Assembly: GCA_965279515.1 (NCBI GenBank)
Contig: CBDIID010000003.1
Coordinates: 2,761,097 to 2,825,096, forward strand
Direction of reading: 5' to 3'
Length of the DNA stretch: 64,000 bases
Origin: Turneriella sp.
GTDB taxonomy: Bacteria; Spirochaetota; Leptospiria; Turneriellales; Turneriellaceae
The notes below the pieces were generated by a model, which was given only the letters and a program-made list of their open reading frames with translations, ran no database searches and was not told the origin of the DNA. Shown one piece after another: positions 47,351 to 57,195 of the stretch. Position 1 is the stretch's first letter; each line of letters starts with the position of its first letter. The position numbers and the translations under genes are program-made.

Positions 47351-47557
47351 CGGCCCTGGCAGCAGCAAGCGGTATACTTCTTTTGTGCACAACCCTCGGC
47401 GGATATCCGAAAGCGAGTTACAGAGAGGCGCCAGGAGTATATTAACTGCCGCAAGATCCCGCTACAGGCTAAAAAGTCGAACAAGGCGTCATTCAACGGT
47501 AAATAAAATTCACGCCGCCGGCCCTCCAACAGCAAAAATATTTCGTCTAAGTAGAGT

Positions 47558-47949
47558 ATGAGCATCTATCGAAGATACATGCTGGATGAATCCTGGGGCG
47601 ATGAGCCCGAAATCAAGGCGCAGAAAAGTCTCGTCGCCGCACTCCGAAAAACACTGCTCACCCCTGCCGACGTTAAGAGCGCCCTCAAGAAGGGCATAAA
47701 TCCCATTGATTCATCCATAGAGAAATGGTCTCGCATTCAAGCGGTTTTGGCCGAAGCGAAGCGAATTGAAACATTGGCTGCTTTAGAAACCTTCATCGGC
47801 GCCAAGACCTGCGCGCTCTGTATCAGATTGTACAAAATGCCCGGCATGCACCCCAGCTCTATGCCGAAGATGAGGAGATATTTGAGCAAATAAAACAGCT
47901 GGCTCTTCAGATGGTGAATTTACTGAAATCAATTCCTCAGAATAGCTGA
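47558..47949 (+). pseudogene. Probably frameshifted small Cys-motif protein
   Basis: KTCALCI in frame 1, DCTKCP in frame 2 and LYAEDEEIFEQIKQLALQMVNLLKSIPQNS* in frame 3, all within about 130 bp. Confidence 0.4.
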
Positions 47950-48027
47950 GGGGTTATCTAAATAAAACGCCTTCACACTTAAACAGAAGATCAAAGCTTG
48001 CTCCGAAACCTTCTTTGGTTAACTAAG

Positions 48028-49062
48028 CTACGGTCGTCGCACGGGACGGAAACCGATGCTGGAGAACGCCTGATACGGGGAAATCGCGTTGATGCGGCTC
48101 GAGGTGCGTACAATGCCGGAACCGGGATCGTTCCAGCTACCGCTACGCCTGATACGAAGCGGGCCGGTTGCTGGGCCTATGCTATCCGCATCCGTGTAAG
48201 GTGAGGCGGTTGTATACGAGCCATTCCAGTCCCAAACCCATTCATAAACGTTGCCACTCATATGATAGAGGCCCAAAGCATTGGGTGCTTTGGTGTCTAC
48301 CGGGTGTGTTGTTGTGGTATTGCCTGTAGTGCCATTAACGATGTTGCCGAACCAAGCTACGAAATCTGTTGCGGCAAAGTCAGAAACGTCGGCTGTTGCC
48401 CCGCTCGCATAGTTGCCCGGAGTGAATGCGGTGCCGTTAATATAACGTGCCGCATATTCCCACTCCACTTCGGTGGGCAACCGATAACCATTCGCCGACC
48501 AGTTGACGAAAGGAAAATCTATGCTGCCACTCCCCGGTGTGCCCAGAATCGAGAAGGTAGCCGACGAGGTTTTCTGCACGACCGAAAAACCAGCGTCACT
48601 GTAATACACAGGGGTCAGTCCATCTTTTTGCGATGCCGCGTTGCACCAGAGGATGCTATCCCGCCAACTAACAGCCGTCACCGGGTGCTGGTCGGTGCGC
48701 GCTCCGTTGTCACCCGGAATGCCTGGGTTGGCGAAAGTGTACCCGTTATTCGTGGCCCAAGCCTTCACCGTTACCCAGTCGCTGTATTGCACCTCATATT
48801 TCGCGATGGCGAACGCGGTGATCGAGGGAACCGTGTGCGTCAGTTCAATACCAGTATCGTCCATAACGAAACCGGTAGTATTCGCTGGCACGCGTACCAT
48901 CAGCAGGCTACAAGAGGCCATACTTATGGTGCAACTGCTTGAAATGTCGGTCGAGTCCCAGAATTTACCCCAACTCGTGCAGGAGTGGCTCATCCCTGTT
49001 GCTATGCAAAGAAAAAACACGCCGATATAAGATATTTTTCCGGATAGCATTTCCGTAAACAT
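48028..49062 (-). CDS. Lipoprotein with formylglycine-generating-enzyme (SUMF1/FGE-sulfatase) domain
   Basis: FAIAKYEV, HPVTAVSWRDSILWCN, YRLPTEVEWEYAAR, PNALGLYHMSGNVYEWVWD, IGFRPVR; start uncertain. Confidence 0.85.
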   Translation of the reverse strand: MFTEMLSGKISYIGVFFLCIATGMSHSCTSWGKFWDSTDISSSCTISMASCSLLMVRVPANTTGFVMDDTGIELTHTVPSITAFAIAKYEVQYSDWVTVKAWATNNGYTFANPGIPGDNGARTDQHPVTAVSWRDSILWCNAASQKDGLTPVYYSDAGFSVVQKTSSATFSILGTPGSGSIDFPFVNWSANGYRLPTEVEWEYAARYINGTAFTPGNYASGATADVSDFAATDFVAWFGNIVNGTTGNTTTTHPVDTKAPNALGLYHMSGNVYEWVWDWNGSYTTASPYTDADSIGPATGPLRIRRSGSWNDPGSGIVRTSSRINAISPYQAFSSIGFRPVRRP

Positions 49063-49226
49063 ATCAGAATTTTGCCCTTTGTCGACCGGAATGATCATTC
49101 AAGACCAATTTTTTTGCTTTATTCAGGGCGAGTCTCTGACTTCAGGGGCGCGGCATTAAAAATTTGTTTCATTTACGCCATGTACTTTTTATTAACTTTA
49201 TTCGGGAAAATTGTTAAGAATCAAAA

Positions 49227-50147
49227 ATGGCTATGCTTAAAGATAAAATTCTGCAGAAAAAAAGAGGCTTGATATTTTATGGGTTAACACCTCCAAAAAT
49301 AAATACCGAACCTCAACGCATAGTTGAAATTGCCCATAAGCAGGTTGAAAGGCTTCAAGACATCGATATAGACGGGTTGATATTGTATGATATCCAGGAT
49401 GAATCTGCACGAACGGATGCGCCGCGACCATTTCCATATATACCTACAGTTGCACCGGATAATTACAGCGAAATATACCTGAAAGAATTGAATGTTGCTA
49501 AAATAATTTATAAAAGTGTCGGTAAATATTCAGCACAGGACTTTAAGACGTGGATAAGTGCTAAAAACCACGAAATAGAATGTGCCGTATTTGTCGGTAG
49601 CCCGTCTAAAAGTCATTTGCCGGCGTTAGCATTACATGACGCCTATAAACTCAAGCGGGAAGTAAATTCACCCATCGTGCTGGGCGGAGTTGCAATCCCG
49701 GAACGGCATCTGATTAAGAACGATGAACATTTGAGAATGTTTAACAAGATAGATGAGGGCTGTTCTTTTTTCATTTCGCAATGCGTGTATAATATGGATA
49801 ATGCTAAAAATCTTTTATCGGATTATTATTATACCGGCGTAGATACGGGTAAACCATTAGTGCCGATCATATTTACATTAACTCCATGTGGTTCACTCAA
49901 AACGCTGGAATTCATGAAATGGCTGGGCATAGATATGCCGCATTGGCTAAATAATGAATTAAAACATTCTGAGAATATTCTACAGAAGTCGCTGGATATT
50001 TGCAGGAAAATAGCTGTGGAGTTGCTGGAATTCAGCGCCGGTAAAAATATACCTGTAGGCTTTAATGTAGAAAGTGTTGCCATCAGAAAAGAAGAGATAG
50101 AAGCCTCTATACATTTGCTGAAAGATGTGAAAGAATTCATGAAATAA
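49227..50147 (+). CDS. Methylenetetrahydrofolate-reductase-like FAD-linked oxidoreductase
   Basis: YGLTPPK, YDIQDES...RPFP, LGGVAIPERH, GCSFFISQCVY, FMKWLG; low GC. Confidence 0.65.
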   Translation: MAMLKDKILQKKRGLIFYGLTPPKINTEPQRIVEIAHKQVERLQDIDIDGLILYDIQDESARTDAPRPFPYIPTVAPDNYSEIYLKELNVAKIIYKSVGKYSAQDFKTWISAKNHEIECAVFVGSPSKSHLPALALHDAYKLKREVNSPIVLGGVAIPERHLIKNDEHLRMFNKIDEGCSFFISQCVYNMDNAKNLLSDYYYTGVDTGKPLVPIIFTLTPCGSLKTLEFMKWLGIDMPHWLNNELKHSENILQKSLDICRKIAVELLEFSAGKNIPVGFNVESVAIRKEEIEASIHLLKDVKEFMK

Positions 50148-50338
50148 GATACAGAAGCTGGCAAAGGCACGACATGGTCATTTTTCAAAGCTTTTTACCG
50201 CGGATTCCCCCGGCCATCCCCCGCCTTACGCACCAGAATCTGCATTTTTTCGTAACGTAACTGTCACAAACCCAAATTCAGGCGATATCACCTTTAACGG
50301 CGGGAACCCTGAGTTCTCCGCTGGTTAAGGAGAAATAA

Positions 50339-50662
50339 ATGTATATTCAATTGGCCCCAGGAAAAGTAAAAGCGGGTGTGGACGAGACTAAGATTCTTAA
50401 AGCATCCGACGAATTTGATTCCCAGTTCGTTGCCCGGCAGCCGGGCATCGTCAAGCGCATACTCTTGAAAGGAAAAGACGGCACTTACGCAGATTTGGTC
50501 TTCTTTGAAAGCAAAGAGGCCGCGGATCGGGTCGCACAGGCTGAACAGGCCGGCCATCCGGCATGCGCGAACTTTTTCCAATTGTTTGAGATGGACGAAA
50601 CAAAGCCAGATATGGGTGTCCTCAGTTTTCAGGAAATCAAGGCATACGGTAAGCAGATATAA
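50339..50662 (+). CDS. Small hypothetical protein (Dabb/ABM-like dimeric alpha-beta barrel)
   Basis: AAGGAG RBS; FVARQPGIVKRILL...YADLVFFES...A pattern. Confidence 0.6.
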   Translation: MYIQLAPGKVKAGVDETKILKASDEFDSQFVARQPGIVKRILLKGKDGTYADLVFFESKEAADRVAQAEQAGHPACANFFQLFEMDETKPDMGVLSFQEIKAYGKQI

Positions 50663-50671
50663 GGTCTGACT

Positions 50672-51556
50672 ATGATTTTTTTAAGCAACAACGCACAGAG
50701 AAAAACTGAGCATGATTGGGCTGACCTCGTGCGTAAGAGCCTCGCGGGAAACCGCGAGGTGCTGGATCATCTTCTCGCATCATTGCAGCCTTATATTTTC
50801 AATCTCGCCCAAAAAATGCTGCTGAACCCGGATGATGCCGCAGACATTACCCAGGAAGTACTGCTTAAAGTCATCCTGGGTCTCCAGACCTATGCGCCCG
50901 AGAAAGCCGAATTTACAACCTGGGCCTATGCCATAGCGCGGAATCAGCTTCTGAAATTCCGCAAAGGAAAAATCGAGGCCTTGACCGGTTCCTTCGACGA
51001 GTTTGCTGAAGAAATTTATGCCGTCGCCGATGAGGTCATCGAGGCGCGGGAGTTTCAGAATCCGGAGACCCAACTCTTGGTAAAGGAAGCCAATGTCGGC
51101 TGCATGCTGGGGATGTTGTTGTGCCTGACACGCGAGCAGCGCTTAGTCTTCATTCTCGGCGAAATTCTTGCCCTCAAATCGGACGTAGCTGGTGAAATTT
51201 GCGGAGTCAGTTCTGAGAATTACAGGCAGCAGCTTTCCCGTGCAAGGCGCGATCTTTACTCATTCATGCAGAACAAATGCGGACTTGTCAACAAGGCGAA
51301 CTCCTGTCGCTGCCACCGAAAAACGCGAGGCTTCGTTAAGGCAGGATATGTTGACCCGCAAAACATCCGCTTTGCCACGCCACACTATGAAAACGCGAGA
51401 ATTTTTTCAGAAGAGCATGCGGCCGCGATGTGCGATCTGGATAATGAGTATGGGCAAATGTTCCGCAACTTGCCCGCATATGATGCCGGGCACACGCTGC
51501 TCACGGTTGAGAGTCTTTTGCGTTCAGAAGAATTTAAAGGGACCTTCGGCATTTAA
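50672..51556 (+). CDS. ECF sigma factor with Cys-rich C-terminal extension
   Basis: Region 2 DAADITQEVLLKV...FTTWAYAIARN; region 4 LTREQRLVFIL...LSRARR; extension CGLVNKANSCRCH. Confidence 0.9.
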   Translation: MIFLSNNAQRKTEHDWADLVRKSLAGNREVLDHLLASLQPYIFNLAQKMLLNPDDAADITQEVLLKVILGLQTYAPEKAEFTTWAYAIARNQLLKFRKGKIEALTGSFDEFAEEIYAVADEVIEAREFQNPETQLLVKEANVGCMLGMLLCLTREQRLVFILGEILALKSDVAGEICGVSSENYRQQLSRARRDLYSFMQNKCGLVNKANSCRCHRKTRGFVKAGYVDPQNIRFATPHYENARIFSEEHAAAMCDLDNEYGQMFRNLPAYDAGHTLLTVESLLRSEEFKGTFGI

Positions 51557-51696
51557 GATACCACTACTCAACCCATAAAACATGGAGTGTCTCCGGACAG
51601 GTCGGTTTTTTTATGGCATGGCATGTGTGCGGCGAGCGTATTTTAAAGGCGGCGGAAAAATCGGGGTTCCGGTCTTTTTGCACTTTAAGGAATCAA

Positions 51697-52170
51697 ATGT
51701 TACACCTGTTCTGCGGAAAAATCGCATCCGGTAAATCGACGATGGCAAAAGAAATTGCCTCGAAGGAAGGCGCGATAATTATCAGCCAGGATGAATGGAT
51801 GGCCACCTTATTTCCCGGAGAAATTAAATCCATTGAAGATTTTGCCCATGCCCTGGGAAAGTTGCGAAAGGTCATGGGCCCGCACATCGTCATGTTATTG
51901 AAACGGGGACAAACGGTAGTGCTCGACTTTCATGCAAATACGCTAAATGCGCGCCATTGGATGAAATCCATCTTTGAAGAAGCCGGCGCTGACCATACCC
52001 TGCATTACATGAAAACGCCGGACGATATCTGCAGAACAAGACTCAATCAAAGGAATGCCAAAGGTGATCATGAATATCAGGTTAGCCAGGATGATTTTGA
52101 TGCCTTTGCCCTGCATTTTTTGGCGCCATCAGCGGAAGAAGGTTTCAAGATAAAGATGTATAGGGTTTGA
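51697..52170 (+). CDS. AAA_33-like predicted P-loop kinase/ATPase
   Basis: CGKIASGKST, SQDEWM, VVLDF; RBS AAGGA. Confidence 0.85.
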   Translation: MLHLFCGKIASGKSTMAKEIASKEGAIIISQDEWMATLFPGEIKSIEDFAHALGKLRKVMGPHIVMLLKRGQTVVLDFHANTLNARHWMKSIFEEAGADHTLHYMKTPDDICRTRLNQRNAKGDHEYQVSQDDFDAFALHFLAPSAEEGFKIKMYRV

Positions 52171-52512
52171 CTTTTTTGCCGTTTTCTTTGGGATATTATA
52201 AATCACGGGGCGACGGCGGCTGGGCAGACCCGGAAAGAGGATGCCTCGCGACAAACCGGCGGCGAAGTCACCCGACTTTCAAGATCGATGATTTGGGATT
52301 TCGCCTGGCGAGATCGCTCTGAAAGCATCGACTGGATGACGGTCGCTGGGCGCGTCACCGCAGCGACCCGAAACTTTTTTTGGCATTATCCTGAGCCGCA
52401 CGGCGTACATGCCTGAAGGATCAATGCCCGCTTTCCCTGCCTCAAACCGCGAAACGCTGCCAAATCCTACCCATCAGCCCCGAGTTCACTGTAAGGAGTT
52501 TTCTCATTTCGC

Positions 52513-53868
52513 ATGGAATCGATCAGAAATTTCGACGCCGGTCGAACACTTACCTACATCGGCATTTTAGAAGGCTTAACCAATGACATGAATTCGGCCA
52601 TCCTGGCCGCTACTGGGCGGGGTCAAAGTTTGCCGCCCGAGATCTTCGAAATTGCAACACGCTGCAAGTCAATGCAGCAGCTTTCGGCTGACCTGCAGGA
52701 AGACCTGGTGACCCTTCTGGACGTTCATGACCAGAAAACGCGCCAGGCGGAGGAACTCGAAATTCTCGTACGCGAAAGGACACAAAAACTCGAAGAGAGC
52801 TTCGCGCAGACGCTGCGGCTGAAAGAAGTCCAGGATGCTGATTATTTTCTTATCTCCCTGTTGCTGAAACCTCTGCTAAAACATGAATTGCAAAGTGAAC
52901 ATTTCCGGGTTTATTTTGACATCGAGCAGTATAAGAAAATTTTCTTCAAGAACCGTTATGCGGAGATCGGCGGCGATATCTGCGCTGCGCAGGAAATATG
53001 GCTCGGGGATCAACGCTACTGCCTGCTCATGAACGCCGACGCCATGGGCAAGTCGATGCAAGGTGCCGCAGGTTCACTGATACTTTCTGCCGTCCTGCGA
53101 ACCCTCATATCACGGCCCACGGTTTCGGGGTTGAGGGGACAGTTTCCCGAACATTGGCTTATCAGCACATTCATCGACCTGCACAGGATATTCGAGTGCT
53201 TCGAGTATAGCATGATGGCTTCAATGTTCATCGGACTGTTGCATGAAGCAACGGGGATTCTCTATTTCATCAACGCGGAGCATCCATATCCCATCCTTTA
53301 CCGCAATGGCGCTGCGTCTTTTGTCGAAAGTGCCGCACTAAATAAGATCGGCGCTTTTATCGATCTGGAAAATATTCACGTTAACATACTGGCATTGGAG
53401 GCGCACGATATTCTATTCGTCGGTTCGGATGGAAAAGACGATTTGATTATCGGCGAACACCACGAAGGCAGCCGAATCTTTAACGAGGACGAAACCAGAA
53501 TTCTTCGCCACATTGAAGCAGGCAAGGGTGACGGAGAAAAGGTGCGCGCTGAAATCATAGACGCGGGCAAACTTGCCGATGATTATTCTTTGTTACGCCT
53601 GCAAATTCTGGACACAGCCGTGACCGCGAACTGGAAAAAGCCGCGGCCCAACCGGGGGTCGCGAATGGAATTTTGCCGGCAAATTCGCGCCGGCGATTAT
53701 CATGCGGCACTGGAATCTGCGCTAAGAGCAATGCACGAAGATCCGTTAGATGAGGAAGTTGTAATCGCCTTTGCGAAAACAAATGAGAAGTTATCGAATT
53801 TCGACGCCGCACGGGTTGCACATGAAAGACTGTTATACAGGGGGAAATCCCCAAAAAAAGCAATCTAA
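52513..53868 (+). CDS. PP2C/SpoIIE (RsbU-like) phosphatase with coiled-coil and C-terminal helical tail
   Basis: EIGGDIC, NADAMGKS, INAEHP, GSDG, DDYSLL. Confidence 0.85.
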   Translation: MESIRNFDAGRTLTYIGILEGLTNDMNSAILAATGRGQSLPPEIFEIATRCKSMQQLSADLQEDLVTLLDVHDQKTRQAEELEILVRERTQKLEESFAQTLRLKEVQDADYFLISLLLKPLLKHELQSEHFRVYFDIEQYKKIFFKNRYAEIGGDICAAQEIWLGDQRYCLLMNADAMGKSMQGAAGSLILSAVLRTLISRPTVSGLRGQFPEHWLISTFIDLHRIFECFEYSMMASMFIGLLHEATGILYFINAEHPYPILYRNGAASFVESAALNKIGAFIDLENIHVNILALEAHDILFVGSDGKDDLIIGEHHEGSRIFNEDETRILRHIEAGKGDGEKVRAEIIDAGKLADDYSLLRLQILDTAVTANWKKPRPNRGSRMEFCRQIRAGDYHAALESALRAMHEDPLDEEVVIAFAKTNEKLSNFDAARVAHERLLYRGKSPKKAI

Positions 53869-55289
53869 TAAACCGCAATGCCCTGGGCATTCGTGGCTGA
53901 TTGCAGATTAATTTGGGTTAGGGCACCGGTTTGCTGGTCAATGGTGTAAGAACCCACCTGATTTGTCGTCGAACCATAGCTAATAACCGCAAAACGACCG
54001 CTGGCCTCGATCGCGATAAATGTCGGAAAATTCGCCACACTCAACGTTTGTACCGTGGTCGGGAAACCCGTCGAAGCGTTAATGCTGAATACGGAAATCG
54101 AGGGGCCGCTTGTGTTCACAATATAAACAAAGCGGCCCGTGGGATCGACAGCGGCGCCTTGGGGATTCGAACCGACGGAAACTGTGCCTAACAGCGTCAG
54201 CAGGCCGGTGGATGCATTGATGGAGTAGTAGGACATCGTTTGCGGAGTATTGTTTGCAGAATACAGATAATTACCACTGGGCTCGATGACCGGCGTTAGC
54301 GGACTCGCACCGCCTGCGGAAACCTGTCCGGCCAGGCCCGTCAGGCTTCCGCTAGTCTGATTTACCTGTGCGACATAGATTTGGTTATCCCCACTCGAAG
54401 AAACATAAACGTATTTACCATTCGGATGAATACCGATGCCCGACGGAGCGCTACCTGAAAGCGCAAGATTGGCAGCGCTGAGCGGCGCTCCCGTGCTCAT
54501 ATTGATTGAGTATTGCGTAACGGTTGAATTATTAGCGGCGCCATAAAGCACCGAAAGGGTTGGGTGATAGACAAACCCCCGGTTGAAGGTCACATCGGCA
54601 TAGGTTGATCCGGTACTGGGCACACCCGTGGACTGGTTGATGCTGGAATAATTCAACGAAGTGCCGGAATTGGTACTCGAGACCAGGACTTTTCCATTAG
54701 GGTCCATCGCAACGGGTATTGTCAGCGACCCATTGGGCACCGTTAGGAACGTACTCACATTGCCCGTTGTCTGATTCAAGGTAGCGTATGAGAGGTTGGC
54801 CGAGGTAAAATTTCCCGTAAACACCCACTTACCAATATCCTTAGTCGTGTACGTGGTACTCGTGTATTCGCTGCCCAGTGCCACGCCTTGATAACTCCTG
54901 AGCCCCGTCGTAATGCGCACCTTATAGGTAGTAAGCGGTTTCAGGAAAGGTAAAGGGACTATGTTTAATCGAGTGCCGTCATTCGACAGGGTGGGCGTTT
55001 TAAGCGAAAGGCACGATGCAAAATTATCCAATGAAACCTGCACTGATCCCAAACAAAACGTGCTGCCGATGCTGGTATTTGCTGAAATCGATGCCGTATC
55101 AATGGCGACAGTGAAATCGACTGTAAATGGGCCGGAGACAGGAAAATTAGCCACGGCGCCTGCGCCGGAGTTCAAAGGCTCAAAACGCAGCTCCCAGAAT
55201 CTGCTCCATGAAGAGCATCTGCCAAACCATAAAATAAGAAATACCAGCGGCATACGAACCCAAGCGCTTGTTTTATTACCGATAACCAT
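53865..55289 (-). CDS. Lipoprotein: Ig-like (Big_5-like) domain plus lactonase-type beta-propeller
   Basis: FGRC lipobox; LKPLTTYKVRITTGL Ig strand; repeated P-x-G...Y-V...YSINxSTG blades. Confidence 0.75.
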   Translation of the reverse strand: MVIGNKTSAWVRMPLVFLILWFGRCSSWSRFWELRFEPLNSGAGAVANFPVSGPFTVDFTVAIDTASISANTSIGSTFCLGSVQVSLDNFASCLSLKTPTLSNDGTRLNIVPLPFLKPLTTYKVRITTGLRSYQGVALGSEYTSTTYTTKDIGKWVFTGNFTSANLSYATLNQTTGNVSTFLTVPNGSLTIPVAMDPNGKVLVSSTNSGTSLNYSSINQSTGVPSTGSTYADVTFNRGFVYHPTLSVLYGAANNSTVTQYSINMSTGAPLSAANLALSGSAPSGIGIHPNGKYVYVSSSGDNQIYVAQVNQTSGSLTGLAGQVSAGGASPLTPVIEPSGNYLYSANNTPQTMSYYSINASTGLLTLLGTVSVGSNPQGAAVDPTGRFVYIVNTSGPSISVFSINASTGFPTTVQTLSVANFPTFIAIEASGRFAVISYGSTTNQVGSYTIDQQTGALTQINLQSATNAQGIAVY

Positions 55290-55477
55290 ATTGCGGCCGC
55301 CACGTTTGCTAACTCATGCCGGTATGCAACCAAAATACCCAGACTTTTTCTGAAAAAATGAAAAACTTAGGGACTGCTGGCAAGGTGGCTTAATTGCCTG
55401 GCTGTCACCTAACCATGCTTGCATGATTCGAATGCGAATTTCGCAGGCATGATGTTACCCAGTAGGCGCTTTATCTT

Positions 55478-56053
55478 TTATTTCTTAGTGACAGTCCACT
55501 TGAAATTCGTCGTCTTTACGTCTTTCCAAGAAGCAGTTAAAGATGAGCCCTGTGAAACGCAGGTTGTACCGTTACCAACATACGTGGGGGTAAGCAGAAC
55601 GAAGCCAGCAGCAGCAGCGGTATATGTATATGTCTTAGGCGTATTAACATCTAACCCACTCAATGCTAAAGCCGGAGTACCGTAAATTCCGTAATCATAG
55701 ATTCCCGATGTGTTGCTAACTGTATCATTGAGAGAACCCGGCGTGGGCTGACCAATTAACCTGAGCTGAAGTGTAGCTGAAATAGCGCTATTTCCGCATT
55801 TACCTTCCAGTTTGCCCGCGGCCATTACAAATTCATAGGTACCGGCCGCGGGGATGGCAATCTTCGCCTGACAATTATCATAGCAAGAGCCACAAATTTC
55901 GCCCGTGCTGGCAGTTTGTTCGTAAATCACTTTGTTGCCCGACATCAGGCAGGCCGGGCCTTTATCTTCAGCTTCCGTTGTTTTTGCGCATGCCCCCAGA
56001 AACAAGATGGCAAGCATACTCAAGATGAGAGGATTATTGGGGATTTTTTTCAT
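55478..56053 (-). CDS. Hypothetical Cys-containing lipoprotein
   Basis: LFLGAC lipobox; six further Cys including CGSCYDNC. Confidence 0.65.
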   Translation of the reverse strand: MKKIPNNPLILSMLAILFLGACAKTTEAEDKGPACLMSGNKVIYEQTASTGEICGSCYDNCQAKIAIPAAGTYEFVMAAGKLEGKCGNSAISATLQLRLIGQPTPGSLNDTVSNTSGIYDYGIYGTPALALSGLDVNTPKTYTYTAAAAGFVLLTPTYVGNGTTCVSQGSSLTASWKDVKTTNFKWTVTKK

Positions 56054-56291
56054 GCATCTCATTAGAAATTATCCAACAATTGGTCAATGATATTGTTAGT
56101 CAAAATCTGACACTGTTAAAAATCCAACTACTCACCGGAAGTGTCCCGGGGAATTTGGGCTTAAATATACCTCTACGCGGGATTTAGTATCAGCGTTTAC
56201 GATAAGATGGGTATTCCGTCTCCATTAGCCTGCCGCGCGCTGAAACGACTCTGTCATTGACGCCCAACTTAAATCACGGGAGCTATCCGCA

Positions 56292-57035
56292 ATGACAGCG
56301 CCCCATACCGCCCTCACCCGCAGCCGCATTACCAGCGATCACGCGCTGATCACACCAGAAAGCCATGTGTTGCTTTCGCCGCCGGGCTGGTCGAAAGCCA
56401 CCGTGGTTTATTTTATCTCGCCGCAGATGGGTGCCAACTTCACCATGTTTATGGGCGTCTTCGAAGCGGGCGGCGAAGTCAAACGCAACCTCGGCGACAA
56501 TGAGATTCTGGGTTATGTCTTAGAGGGGGATGCAGAGCTGAGCGCAAAGTCGAAATCCGCGCTGCAACCGGGTTCGTTCTTTTTTCTGCCACCGGGCACC
56601 GCATTCAGCATCGCCGCGAAGAAACCCAGTCGGGTATTGTTTTTCGAAAAGATGTATGAACCCCTCGCGGGAGTTAATCCCCCTGCTGAAATTATTTCAC
56701 ACGAAAACAAAGTCACCAAAGAACCCTTTCTCGGTGACCCAGGTGCCCTTTTGCAAGTGCTCATGCCGATGGGCGCCGAGTTCGATATGGGTGTGAATAT
56801 TTTTGAATTCGCCCCGGGCGGTACGTTACCGAATGTCGAGAACCACTATATGGAGCATGGGCTGTATGTTCTGCAGGGCCAGGGCGTCTACCGCCTCAGC
56901 GAAAGCTGGTACCCCGTGCAAAAAGACGATGCCATCTGGATGGCGCCGTTTTGCCTGCAATGGTTTGTGGCATCGGGAAAACAGAATACGAAATATATTT
57001 ATTACAAGGACATGAACCGTCCACCGTTGGTATAA
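56292..57035 (+). CDS. allE: (S)-ureidoglycine aminohydrolase (bicupin)
   Basis: HALITPESHV, ISPQMGANF, ENHYMEHGLYVLQGQG, DAIWMAPFCLQWF, YIYYKDMNR. Confidence 0.92.
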   Translation: MTAPHTALTRSRITSDHALITPESHVLLSPPGWSKATVVYFISPQMGANFTMFMGVFEAGGEVKRNLGDNEILGYVLEGDAELSAKSKSALQPGSFFFLPPGTAFSIAAKKPSRVLFFEKMYEPLAGVNPPAEIISHENKVTKEPFLGDPGALLQVLMPMGAEFDMGVNIFEFAPGGTLPNVENHYMEHGLYVLQGQGVYRLSESWYPVQKDDAIWMAPFCLQWFVASGKQNTKYIYYKDMNRPPLV

Positions 57036-57036
57036 T

Positions 57037-57195
57037 ATGGCACTCGGGGAAAATTTAATCGCGAAAGGCCTGCTGACGAAGCAGCAACTCGACACTGCTC
57101 TCGCAAAGCAGAAAGAAACGCCCGGCGAACGTATCGGTGAAATTCTCGTCAAACTCGGCTTTGTGACTAAAGACCAGGTTGAAAGTTCACTTTAA
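57037..57195 (+). CDS. Stand-alone MshEN (c-di-GMP-binding) microprotein, 52 aa, absent from the ORF track
   Basis: MALGENLIAKGLLTKQQLDTALAKQKETPGERIGEILVKLGFVTKDQVESSL*; two tandem (R)LGxxLxxxGxxxxxxLxxxLxxQ motifs; ATG 1 nt after the allE stop. Confidence 0.85.
   Translation: MALGENLIAKGLLTKQQLDTALAKQKETPGERIGEILVKLGFVTKDQVESSL

Noticed and set aside
52200-52512. Possible XRE-HTH remnant on the minus strand (GSVSRFEAGK...)
   Set aside because: No start or RBS, upstream stops in every frame, and the similarity is too short to support
54150-54180. GGGATTCGAACC tRNA-like motif
   Set aside because: Lies in the coding sequence for VGSNPQG of a propeller blade; no cloverleaf
55414-55452. Intergenic hairpin CATGCTTGC...ATTCG-aatg-CGAAT...GCAGGCATG
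   Set aside because: No U-tract and no match to a riboswitch I recognise; probably a simple stabilising or terminating stem
56063-56291. Purine/xanthine riboswitch upstream of allE
   Set aside because: No recognisable purine-riboswitch core (e.g. TATAAT...GTTTCTACC...CCGTAAA); an Rfam cmscan would be needed
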